A stretch of DNA of 64,000 nucleotides from the NCBI GenBank assembly GCA_965215335.1, contig CBDCDA010000001.1, positions 1,248,001-1,312,000 of the forward strand. The letters run 5' to 3'. Shown piece after piece: positions 49,787 through 58,845 of this stretch. Position numbers and translations under genes: made by a program. Below the pieces are notes generated by a model. The model had not been told where the DNA came from and ran no database searches. It saw nothing but the letters and a program-made list of their open reading frames with translations. Numbering within the stretch: position 1 is the stretch's first letter; every line of letters begins with the position of its first letter. The DNA comes from an uncultured Candidatus Entotheonella sp. (lineage in GTDB: Bacteria > Tectomicrobia > Entotheonellia > Entotheonellales > Entotheonellaceae).

Positions 49787-51312
49787 GTAAGCGTTCAGAG
49801 GGCCGTGCAATGGGAGGGGTTATCGTAGAGCCAAGAGAGGTCAGGCGGACGATCGTGCATGAACGCCTCAAGGGCGTCAACCAACACCGAGAAGGTCGAT
49901 TGTTCCAGTTGCCGACATGTCTGACGCAGCGACAGACTCCGTTGCACCCAGGCATTGCCCTTGATACTCGCCGTACCCAAGGAACTCTTGCGCCACAACA
50001 CGCCAAAGCGCAAGGCGCGCTCCGCCCGGTTGTTGGTCGGCTCAACTCCCGACTCGTTGAGAAACACCCACAACGAACCCAACTCGCGCCGCAAGCACCT
50101 CACCAGACGACCGCCATCATCAGGGCGCAGCCCATGGCGTTTCATCAGACGACACAACCGCGCATACCATGCCTGCCATTGCCCCCCACTTGGCGGCGCG
50201 TGAGCCATCTGACACAAACGCTGGAGTTCCTGCAAGACCGCCTTGCCACAGGCAACAAGGCCAGGAACCTGTCGCTGCGACAACTCCCGGGCACGACGAA
50301 TGAGATGCGCCAAGCAGGTCTGACGAGCATTGCCCCAGGCTTGATACACCCCGTAGCCGTCACTGACCAGGATGCCGCGCCAATCCTTGATCAAAGACCC
50401 GAAGGCTTCCTGCGAACGCTTGGGATGAATACGGTACAGGGCGACGGTATCCGTGACCATGCTCCAGAGCCATTGCAAGGCATGGCGGCAGTACCAGGGC
50501 GTCTCGTCAACGTAGCCCACCCGTGTCTTGCGGGCCAAGCGAGCAATGGCCGCATCGTGCGGCACAATAGCCAGGGAGGTACGGTCGATGAGACGCTGAA
50601 TCGCCCCCAGGCTGATTGGCACACCCAACACCGAGCGACAGAAATCCTGTACGCCGCGCCGGGAGATGCGGTGCATGGCACTGAGTTCGCCAATCAAGGC
50701 CATCAGACGCGGGCCATGGCCGGTTTGCTGCGCCTTGGGGAGGCGGGCCTTGAGCAGCCGGCCACAGCCTGAACATCGGCCTTGGTGCAAGACCCAGTGG
50801 GTGACGTGCAACGCCATGGGTGGCAACTCCATGACCTGATGGAGGTGATACGGCGCTGTCTGGCCAGGTACGCCCTGGCCGCAGGCACAAGGTCCGGGAT
50901 GGATGGCCCGCCGCTCGGTGGGACGGAGCAATCTGGAGCCTGACCCAGGATGGCCCATTCGTGCGCCCCGTTTGCCTGGGGGCTTGTCTTGCTTGCTGAC
51001 AGGTCTTTGGAAGGGTGAATCCGACGAGGGTGGTTTGTCGGATGTCTTGGACGTGCGTTGCAAGCGCTTTTGGAGTTGGTCGATTTGTTCCTGGAGTTGG
51101 GCCAGGCGTTGGTGCAGGGCGAAGAGACAGGCTTGTACAGCCGGTGGTGTGTGCTGCCAATCGGTTTGCGACAGCGACTCAGGCGGTATCGACGGTTCCA
51201 TTCGGGACTTCCTGAGAAGGGCAACGGGAGAGCGAAAAACGAGTGTGACCGTAGCCCATAATAGGGCCGTCTGCAATAGATACCTGCACACTTGGCCCCC
51301 CTGAACGCTTAC
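49787..51312 (-). mobile_element. Intact single-ORF IS66-family element (ISBst12-like), 1526 bp
   Basis: TIRs GTAAGCGTTCAG(A/G)GGGCC; perfect 8-bp TSD CTGACGAC at 49779-49786 and 51313-51320. Confidence 0.95.
49795..51201 (-). CDS. IS66 transposase
   Basis: S.KPPSSD, VDET, LVSDGY.VY, QTCLAHLIR, EPTNNRAERALR. Confidence 0.93.
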   Translation of the reverse strand: MEPSIPPESLSQTDWQHTPPAVQACLFALHQRLAQLQEQIDQLQKRLQRTSKTSDKPPSSDSPFQRPVSKQDKPPGKRGARMGHPGSGSRLLRPTERRAIHPGPCACGQGVPGQTAPYHLHQVMELPPMALHVTHWVLHQGRCSGCGRLLKARLPKAQQTGHGPRLMALIGELSAMHRISRRGVQDFCRSVLGVPISLGAIQRLIDRTSLAIVPHDAAIARLARKTRVGYVDETPWYCRHALQWLWSMVTDTVALYRIHPKRSQEAFGSLIKDWRGILVSDGYGVYQAWGNARQTCLAHLIRRARELSQRQVPGLVACGKAVLQELQRLCQMAHAPPSGGQWQAWYARLCRLMKRHGLRPDDGGRLVRCLRRELGSLWVFLNESGVEPTNNRAERALRFGVLWRKSSLGTASIKGNAWVQRSLSLRQTCRQLEQSTFSVLVDALEAFMHDRPPDLSWLYDNPSHCTAL

Positions 51313-51458
51313 CTGACGACACCCATCGCTCCCTCTCCCTTGCCTCTGGACATTCATTTTCGTCGGGAAAACCTCTGTCGGAACCGAGATACTCGCGGCA
51401 TTCATTGTAGGTCAGATACCCTTCGGCTTCCAGCCCGGCGAGCCCAATCGGCGCACCT

Positions 51459-52490
51459 TTACAGCGTGCGGAAGGCGTCAGGGATATCGCGTGCGCGAAG
51501 GGTTTTGAAGAAGGCGATGGTGCGTCGCAGGTCGCCGTCGTGGGCGGCGAGAGCGTCTTCGAAGAAGGCGGTGTCGCGGTTGTAGACGCGGAAGGACAGC
51601 AGCAGAGCGTTGTTGAGGGATCGGCCTTCGAAGAACCGGCGGTAGGCGTGGGTTTTCATGCGCGGGAAGAGCGCCGGATAGGTTGCCACGGCGTCATCGA
51701 ACAGGGCTTCGCGGCGGCGCAGTTTTTCCGCCCGGCTGACCTGCTCCTGATACAGGTCCTGCAGACGCGAGATGAGTCGCTGCAGATGCGTGCGCAGGAG
51801 GTGCGCGTCGGCGCGACGGTCCCGGTAATCCCGATAGGCCGGCGAATTCACGCCGTCGTGGTGCGCCAGATACGCTTCAGCGCCCTTCTGCCCCACGAAA
51901 CCGGCCAGGCTTTCGTTGAAGCTGACGTGGCCCTTGATCCACACCGTCTGGTGCAGCATCTCGTGCAGGACGGTTTCGATCAGGGCGCTGTCGGGGTAGG
52001 ACAGCATGCTGGAGAGAATCGGGTCGGCGAAATAGCCGAGGGTACTGTAGGCGCGCACGCCGCGCAGGTAGGTATCGTAGCCGCGCTGCTGCAACTCGCG
52101 TTGCGCAGCCAGGGCGTCGTCCTGGTTGAAGAAGCCCTGGTATGGCATGCGCCCGACGAGGGGGTAGCGCCACACGTAGGGCGCGATGGCGTCGACCGGC
52201 GAGGCGGTGAGGTTGTAGCCGACGAACGGCCGGTCCAGGTGCACGAAGGTGGTGTAGACGGCGCTGTCGTGCAGTCCAAGGTGTTCGATGCCGAACGCCC
52301 GCACCTTGAGGACGAGGCGAATCTTGTCGCGTTGGGCGTCGCTGAGGCGGGCGTCCTGCAGCGCTTCCCGCACCGGGCGGCGCTGCCGCAGCAAGTCCAC
52401 CTGCCCCGTTGCCAGGTGCCACAGGTGCCCGAGGCCGCAGCCGTTCAGGAGCAGCAGGACGGCGAGTAGAAGCGCAGGTCGGATTAGCGG
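51459..52490 (-). CDS. Predicted Zn aminopeptidase lipoprotein; start codon unclear
   Basis: LLLAVLLLLNG-C, W.YP.VG..PY.G.F, V.AYSTLG.F.DP, HEMLHQ, FNES.A. Confidence 0.8.
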   Translation of the reverse strand, partial: PLIRPALLLAVLLLLNGCGLGHLWHLATGQVDLLRQRRPVREALQDARLSDAQRDKIRLVLKVRAFGIEHLGLHDSAVYTTFVHLDRPFVGYNLTASPVDAIAPYVWRYPLVGRMPYQGFFNQDDALAAQRELQQRGYDTYLRGVRAYSTLGYFADPILSSMLSYPDSALIETVLHEMLHQTVWIKGHVSFNESLAGFVGQKGAEAYLAHHDGVNSPAYRDYRDRRADAHLLRTHLQRLISRLQDLYQEQVSRAEKLRRREALFDDAVATYPALFPRMKTHAYRRFFEGRSLNNALLLSFRVYNRDTAFFEDALAAHDGDLRRTIAFFKTLRARDIPDAFRTL

Positions 52491-52520
52491 AGCATAATCC
52501 GACGTTCCGCTAATCCAACA
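52474..52520. repeat. REP-like palindrome with a partial inverted partner
   Basis: GCAG-GTCGGATTA-GCGGAGCA-TAATCCGAC, then TCCGCTAATCC (reverse complement of GGATTAGCGGA). Confidence 0.6.
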
Positions 52521-52854
52521 ACGAGATGGGACGGCGCCCGGCAAATCCCGTTTCGTAGCGGTGGAAGTGTTCGATGTCGTCCTCGCCGAGCTTCCAGCAG
52601 TAGTAATAGCCGTCTCCCGAGTCGAAATCCGCCACCCACAGGCCCTTGACTTCCACCCCGAGGTTCCTGACGGCCTTGACCCAGTTACCCACCTCGTCAT
52701 TCATGCGTCCTTCGAGACGCCTGGCATCGCGCGGCTCCTCCAGATTCTCCAATTGCTCGCGCATCTCCTCGACGACCTCGTAATAATGCTGCGTCACTTC
52801 CTTGACCCGCGGCAGCAGGTCACGGGCTTCCTGCAGCGTAAACATAGTCATCAT
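52510..52854 (-). CDS. DUF2203 family protein
   Basis: FTLQEA..LLP, LGVEVKG...DF, CWKLGE..I..FH....GFAGRRPI. Confidence 0.88.
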   Translation of the reverse strand: MMTMFTLQEARDLLPRVKEVTQHYYEVVEEMREQLENLEEPRDARRLEGRMNDEVGNWVKAVRNLGVEVKGLWVADFDSGDGYYYCWKLGEDDIEHFHRYETGFAGRRPISLLD

Positions 52855-52911
52855 GGTTCCTTCGCAGCGTGACGCGGGCGAAAAAGGGCTTTGGCACGCG
52901 CCGGCCTGGCG

Positions 52912-54366
52912 TCACATGCCGGCAACCTGGGGCGTACGGCTGGCGCGTCCCGATTCCAGGATCGACTCGCAGGCGCGGGCAAGCGCGGGCAGCGCGGCGC
53001 GGTTGGTCGTATACAAGCGATAATGCACCATTTCGTCGGGAATGGGGGCCAGGATGTCCTCCAGCAGTTCACGGCGCGCCTCGCCGGTGGCGGGGTCGTA
53101 GATGCTGATCGGCCATTCGCCGAGCGCCAGCGGGTTGAGGTTTCGCGGGTCCTGCACGGCGGTGTCGAGCTGGAATTCCAGCGCCTCGCTGCCCGCCGGC
53201 AGGGCGTTCCGCAGTCGTTCCACGAGGTGCTCCGGCGCCAGGCTCCGAGCCGTGCGGCGCTCGCGGCCGCGCATCGGCAGGGTGGCGTCGTAGGCCATCT
53301 TCCATTTCACCTGGCGGCCCAGAATCCGGCTCCACTCCTGGCCGAGAGAGCGCTTGGCGGGTGACGGGTCATCGGCCCAGCCGCGCACGGCCTCCAGCAG
53401 CGACCAGTCGGTCAGGCGCAGGTAAGCCGGCAGGTCGTCGAGCGGGTTGCCGGGGAACAGATGGCGCAGGGTAGCGGGGAAAATGTCTCGCAGATGCAGG
53501 TCGATGGCGCGCACGGTGCGGTGAAAGTAGACATTGGCATACAGGTAGAGGCGTGCGTTGAGGAACATCGTCAGGGCGCTGACGCCGCCCTTGTGCAGCG
53601 CCGGGCCGTCTGGTGTGATGACGCTGTAGTGCAGCAGCCTCTCCAGGTCGATGGGCCCGACGGCGACGCCGCACATGTACGAATCTCGCAACACGTAGTC
53701 CAGGTTGTCCGCCGTGTAGATGCCGCCGAGCACCGGTTTGAGGTAGCGCAACCAGCGCGGCGCGCTGGTTGCGCCGGTGTCCTTCTTCTGCATCACGACG
53801 GCGATATGCTCCGGTTGCAGCATCTCGTCGTCGGCGAAGGCGCCGCTAGGACTGCGCCGCAGGGCGCGGAGGGAATCGGCCAATTCGCGCAGGATGATCT
53901 GCTGGCCGAGGGCTTCGTGGCCGATGCCGAATTGCGTCAGGTGATTGTCGTCGAAGAAATGGCCGAAGGGGCCGTGGCCGACGTCGTGCAGCAGGGCGCC
54001 CATGCGTAGCACTTCTTCCACGTACGGCAGCGACGGGCAGGCCGGCTCGACCGCGCGCAGGGACGGGTAGAGCTGCTTGGCGAAGCGCCCGGCGACGTGC
54101 ATGGCGCCGAGGGAATGCTGGAAGCGGCTGTGCTCGGCCCCCGGGTAGACCCAGCGGGCGCTCTGCAACTGGTTGATGTAGCGCAGGCGCTGCACCCACG
54201 GCGTGTCGATGATGTCCTTCTCGGCCACCTCGCGGGCGCCGCCGTGCCGGTCGAGCGGCACGGTGTAGGGCACGTAGGCATGGACCGGGTCGGCAAACAG
54301 CGCCGCGCCGCGATAGTGCCGGCTGACTTCCGGGGGCACGCTGTGGGGTGAGAACGATGACGGCAC
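52912..54366 (-). CDS. HD-domain phosphohydrolase (SAMHD1/YwfO-like dNTP triphosphohydrolase family)
   Basis: DPVH, QRLRYI.QL, YPGAEHSRFQHSLG, LLHDVGHGPFGH, D.LDY.LRDS, VYFH. Confidence 0.9.
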   Translation of the reverse strand: MPSSFSPHSVPPEVSRHYRGAALFADPVHAYVPYTVPLDRHGGAREVAEKDIIDTPWVQRLRYINQLQSARWVYPGAEHSRFQHSLGAMHVAGRFAKQLYPSLRAVEPACPSLPYVEEVLRMGALLHDVGHGPFGHFFDDNHLTQFGIGHEALGQQIILRELADSLRALRRSPSGAFADDEMLQPEHIAVVMQKKDTGATSAPRWLRYLKPVLGGIYTADNLDYVLRDSYMCGVAVGPIDLERLLHYSVITPDGPALHKGGVSALTMFLNARLYLYANVYFHRTVRAIDLHLRDIFPATLRHLFPGNPLDDLPAYLRLTDWSLLEAVRGWADDPSPAKRSLGQEWSRILGRQVKWKMAYDATLPMRGRERRTARSLAPEHLVERLRNALPAGSEALEFQLDTAVQDPRNLNPLALGEWPISIYDPATGEARRELLEDILAPIPDEMVHYRLYTTNRAALPALARACESILESGRASRTPQVAGM

Positions 54367-54440
54367 GGTGGCAGGCCTTTACGCTGTTCGTCACAGCATC
54401 GCAGGGGGTTACGGAACACCTGTAAAGTGGGGCGCAGCCT

Positions 54441-55285
54441 AGGCTCAGGACCTATAAAAGGGCATCATTGGTCATGTAGGATTCAAGACCCTGACTTCAT
54501 AAGGAGGTTCATCATGCCCGATCACTGCTTCTGGCTATCCGACGTGCAGTTTGCCCGCCTGAAACCCCTGCTACCCAACAAGGTGCGGGGCGTCCCACGC
54601 GTCGATGACCGAAAAGTCATCAGCGGCATCATCCACGTCATTCGATACGGTCTGATGTGGCGCCACGCGCCCGCCTGCTACGGTCCCCACAAGACGCTCT
54701 ACAACCGCTTCGTGCGCTGGAGCAAGGCCGGTGTCTTCGACCGCATCTTCCAAACCTTGGCCGCCGACAGCACGGCCACCGAGACCGTCATGATCGACAG
54801 CACGCATCTCAAGGCGCATCGCACCGCTGCCAGCCTGCTTGAGGGGGGGCTTTTCCGCGTCATATCGGGCGTACCCGAGGCGGCCTCAACTCGAAACTTC
54901 ACGCCGTCTGCGACGGCGACGGCAAGCCCGTCGTCATGGTGTTGACTGCGGGCCAGGTCAGCGACTATCGCGGGGCAGACATGGCGCTGCCCGCATTGCC
55001 GGAGGCCGACGTGCTGATTGCCGACAAGGGTTATGACAGCAACCGGCTGCGCAAGGCGCTTGCCGAGCGCAAGATCAAGCCCTGTATTCCAGGCCGTGCC
55101 AATCGTAAAGAGCCGATTGTCTACGACACGGAGCTTTACAAGAGCCGTAATCTCATCGAGCGCCTGTTCGGTCGTCTCAAGGATTGGCGTCGCATCGCCA
55201 CGCGCTATGACCGGTGTGCGCACACCTTTTTCAGTGCCATCTGCCTTGCTGCCACGGTCATCTTCTGGATATGAGTCCTGAACCT
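54441..55285 (+). mobile_element. Full-length IS5-family element (IS427-like, two ORFs joined by a -1 frameshift)
   Basis: TIRs AGGCTCAGGAC / GTCCTGAACCT in CTAG contexts; OrfA from 54514 (..IDST..KAHR.AA), OrfB to 55274 (ADKGYD, RNLIERLF.RLKDWRRIATRYD). Confidence 0.95.
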
Positions 55286-55329
55286 AGCAAATGCGCCTTG
55301 CCGACGCAATTTCGCACCGCCACCTATGC

Positions 55330-56165
55330 TCGAGAGTCCAGATGTGGGAACATGGGGACAAACTCGAGAGGACAACCATCATGGACGCAGGGTAAGCGCA
55401 TATGAGTATTGCCATGCGTCTGGTTCCAGCAGTTCCTCGAGTTACCCCTTGACATTCCGTCGCGGTAAGGGCTCGACGGAAGCGGACTGGCCCCGGATAA
55501 CGCCATATGCGCTTACCCTGATCATGGACGCGACTGTATGGCCCCGGGATTAGATGGTATGGATTGATTCTGAATCTTTGCGGCTCCGAAGAAGGTCTGC
55601 TGCCGGACGACCCTTCCGGGCGGGATCGATTCCTCAGAACATCCGATCCGTATGAACTCCGCCGGCGTGGCTTGGACACGGACAACCGGGGCCTTGTCAC
55701 CGCGGCATGGAACTTTTTCCGTAGCCTTCCCCGCTCGACGTCGTGTGCCCTGATCGGGCCTCGTTTCGTTTGTGGCCAGTGGCTCTGGGTGACTGGCTCT
55801 GGGTGACGGGTATGCGCCTGCCCTCCGGGGCTTGCCTGATCGTGGTGTCGAGTCTTCAGAGCCGTCAAGCCCTGGAGCGCTACAGGCGGCGATGGCAGAT
55901 CGAGGCGCTCGAATCCAGAGGGTTCAACCTGGAGACGTCAGGTGGGAACCTGGCGGCATGCGGTCAAGCCGATTGCGCTCAAGACGCATCAGAGACCCGC
56001 GAAGAGCCTGTTTCGCCATGGCTTTGACGGCATTCGGCAAGCCGTTCCCGATACGGCGGACAACCGGGAGGCACTGGAGCGGGTCCTGAATCTGCTGTGG
56101 CAGGTGCTCATGTCGCCCAAATCGCTTCTCCATCCACTCTGCCCGATATAATTTTTCGTGTACAG
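55330..56165 (+). mobile_element. Degraded IS4-like transposase containing an IS481 right end (55535-55590)
   Basis: LIMDATVW, ERYRRRWQIE..SRGFNLE, KSLFRHGFD; end TTTTCGTGTACAG. Confidence 0.65.
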
Positions 56166-56262
56166 TGGATACGTCCAGTCGCCAGATTAAGACCCCCAAC
56201 ACGCTCAAGATGCACCAAGGTCACCGTAGACCCGCTGGGGATTGTGAGGCCCGTCCATGATC

Positions 56263-56458
56263 AGGCTCAGGACCTATAAAGAGCTACCATTGAACATATC
56301 GGATTCAAGACCCTGACTCCATAGGGAGGCTCATCATGCCCGATCATCACTTCTGGCCCTCCGATGCGGAGTCTGCCCGACTTCAACCCCTGCTGCCCAA
56401 CAAGGTGCGCGGCGTCCCACGCGTCGATGACCGAAAGGTCATCAGCGGCATCATCCAT
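56263..56458 (+). mobile_element. IS5-family left-end fragment
   Basis: AGGCTCAGGACC TIR plus the OrfA N-terminus. Confidence 0.88.
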
Positions 56459-56469
56459 CTTATTCGCCA

Positions 56470-56870
56470 CTGTACACGACAAAATTACATGGGGTAGAGC
56501 GGCGGGCGTAACGTTTTGGGCGACGTGGCCGCCTAGCACATCAGACGCAGCAATCGCTCAAGCTCGCCACCCGCCCCTGACGCCTTGAGCACCACCCGAC
56601 GAATGCCATCGAAGCCAGAGCGAAAAACACTCGGCGCCGGGTGGTCATGTGTCTTGAGCCGAAAGCACTTGGCGTGTCTGCCGCCAGGCAGACACCTGAC
56701 AGGCCCGACAAAAGGCTGTCGCCAACACGCCAAACAACGTCTCCAAGCGCTCGCCTCGAAGTTGAACCCTCTCGATTTCAGAGCCGCAAAGAGAACTTCA
56801 ATCTTCCACCGTCCTGGCAACCTTCTTGGCTGACCAACAGACCGCCAAGCTGCCAGACAAACCGGAGCTT
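56470..56870 (-). mobile_element. IS4-like transposase C-terminal remnant
   Basis: RWKIEVLFAALKSRGFNFE, SVFRSGFD; TIR CTGTACACGACAAAA. Confidence 0.7.
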
Positions 56871-56875
56871 CCTCG

Positions 56876-58450
56876 ATGGGCAAGGCCGTGCTACTTGATT
56901 CCTTCCGGCAAGGAATTAGCAAGGACTGGAGACAGGCCGAATTCAACAGTTATTTGCTGATCGGTCTGATATTCTCCATTCCTTTTTCCACCTCGGCAAG
57001 CAGTATTCTTTCCTTCTTGATTTTTATCAGATGGTTACTGCAAACCAATTTCAGGAATGACTGGAATCAACTCAAGTCCAACCGACTGGTTAGGGCATGT
57101 TTCCTGTTTTTGGGTCTGCACATGATTGGTTTGCTGTGGACATCGGATCCGATGCATGGGTTGGTGGTGATGAAAAAAGAATGGAAACTTTTACTGTTAC
57201 CCTGTTTCATGTTTTGCGTGAAGAAGGAGCATATCAGTCATTATATGAGCGCTTTGGTTCTGGCGATGGCCATTTGTGTCATGATTTCCTACGGCATCTG
57301 GCTGGAAGTTATTCCACCTATAAACCGGGCAACGGTTAACAATCCGGTCCCGTTCGGGACGCACATTACGTATAATCCAGTGTTGGCACTGGCCATTTAT
57401 CTGTTGGCGCGCAGCCTGCTGTTTGACAAGCGCACTTCCATTATTCAACAGGGATTTTATTTATCCCTCTTGACGACAATGACGATCAACATGTTCATTA
57501 CGGGTGGTCGTTCCGGACAGGTCATGTTTTTTGCCACTATCGTTGTCCTGGGGTTTCAGTATTTTCGGGGGCAGTTTTTCAAGGCGGGTGCGACGGCGGT
57601 TGTTATTGTGGTCAGTACCTTGGTCATGGCCTACTCATTCAGTGATCTTTTCCGACAACGGTTGTTGGGGGCCATTAGCCATCAGGACACCTCCACCCAG
57701 CAGAGAATAGCCTACGTAGCGAGTGGGCTGAAAATCTTTCTCAGACATCCGCTTATTGGTGTGGGGACAGGTGACTTGCCCGCCGAACTGAAAAAAACGC
57801 AATCGTACAGTTCCAGCTACGAGGTGCATCTCATCGACAACAGCCTCGTCTATGCAAGGGAGACGTGCAATCAGGAGGACACCGCCGCACCGTTCTTCTT
57901 GCACCTGGTCCCGGTGGACGAGCGTGACCTGCCCGACCATCGAAGGCGATACGGCTTCGACAATCTCGACTTTCGTTTCGACAGCTACCGCCTTGTCGAG
58001 GGAAATGGCTGTGCGGCGATGCGGGAGTTGCCGGGCTACGCCATCGCCGAAATCCGGACTGGTCAGTATGTCCCCGGTGAGTTTCCCATCTGGAGGGTCT
58101 ATTTCGATATCGCTGGGCAGGTGGCAGTACCAGCGAGCGATTACCTGACAGGATTGATCGGCGATAGCGGACCAGTCATCCGAGGATCAGAAGTTGCAGA
58201 CGTGAATCCTCACAATATGTACATCATGGAAATGATACAGTTCGGCACACTTGGCCTGGTAAGCTTGTTGTATATATTCTACGTCCAGATTCGCCATGCC
58301 CTCGGCACGCAACATGTCATCCTCAGACAAGTCGGCGTGGCACTTCCCTTGTTCTTTCTGCTGGTGAACTTTGGCGAATCCTACCTGTACGTTCATGCGA
58401 CATCGTTGCTGTTTACGGTATTCAGCTCCTTTCTGTACAAAGAAATTTAG
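56876..58450 (+). CDS. O-antigen ligase (WaaL/Wzy_C) family protein with an inserted domain
   Basis: About 12 TMs, TGGRSG, R.......F..HPLIGVGTG, NPHNMY...Q.G.LG; AT-richer than the backbone; ~128-aa insert at 57805-58190. Confidence 0.88.
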   Translation: MGKAVLLDSFRQGISKDWRQAEFNSYLLIGLIFSIPFSTSASSILSFLIFIRWLLQTNFRNDWNQLKSNRLVRACFLFLGLHMIGLLWTSDPMHGLVVMKKEWKLLLLPCFMFCVKKEHISHYMSALVLAMAICVMISYGIWLEVIPPINRATVNNPVPFGTHITYNPVLALAIYLLARSLLFDKRTSIIQQGFYLSLLTTMTINMFITGGRSGQVMFFATIVVLGFQYFRGQFFKAGATAVVIVVSTLVMAYSFSDLFRQRLLGAISHQDTSTQQRIAYVASGLKIFLRHPLIGVGTGDLPAELKKTQSYSSSYEVHLIDNSLVYARETCNQEDTAAPFFLHLVPVDERDLPDHRRRYGFDNLDFRFDSYRLVEGNGCAAMRELPGYAIAEIRTGQYVPGEFPIWRVYFDIAGQVAVPASDYLTGLIGDSGPVIRGSEVADVNPHNMYIMEMIQFGTLGLVSLLYIFYVQIRHALGTQHVILRQVGVALPLFFLLVNFGESYLYVHATSLLFTVFSSFLYKEI

Positions 58451-58605
58451 GCTCAGGACTCATGACCAGAAATTAACCATGGCAGCAATACAGATAGCGC
58501 TGTAGAAAGTGTGTGCACAGCGATCATACCGCGTGGCGATGCGACGCCAATCTTTGAGTCTGCCTTGCTTGGCAAGCGCCTTGCGCAACCGGTTGCTGTC
58601 GTTAC
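58449..58605 (-). mobile_element. IS5-family right-end fragment inserted at the ligase stop codon
   Basis: TT-AGGCTCAGGACTC; KDWRRIATRYDRCAHTF. Confidence 0.85.
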
Positions 58606-58609
58606 CCTC

Positions 58610-58842
58610 ACTCGCCGGCGGGCGGTGCTGTTCAGCACCGATACCGACGTGGATGTGCAGAGCCTCTATCGCGCCTGCAAAGCGCGCTTCCAGATCGAAT
58701 TTCTCTTCCGAGACGGCCAGGCCGTTTACGTCTCTGAGTGCCTGTCAAGCGCGCTCCCAAGCCAAGCTGCATGCTCACTTCAATGCGAGCCTGAGTGCTC
58801 TGAGCTTGGGCAAACTGGAAGCTCGGCAGCAAGGCGGCGCGT
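58610..58842 (+). mobile_element. DDE transposase fragment, same family as 28040-28588
   Basis: LFSTD...Y..KARFQIEFLFRD / QARS..KLH.HFNASLSAL. Confidence 0.75.
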
Positions 58843-58845
58843 AGG

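Larger units (their letters stand above)
49372..51326 (-). pseudogene. Clan AA (retropepsin-like) aspartyl protease interrupted by IS66
   Basis: ATG 51326 (MGVVR), resumes below 49787: AEVRLEN..LVDTGA..., a frameshift near 49630, then LLGQVLLEVLDLVVD...L.PNP. The stop overlaps the MTase ATG. Confidence 0.85.

Noticed and set aside
51202..51405. Extended N-terminus of the IS66 transposase ORF
   Set aside because: It crosses the IS terminal repeat into flanking DNA.
52912..54366. HD protein as an anti-phage dNTPase
   Set aside because: Its context (DUF2203, aminopeptidase) and composition look housekeeping, with no defence neighbours in its unit.
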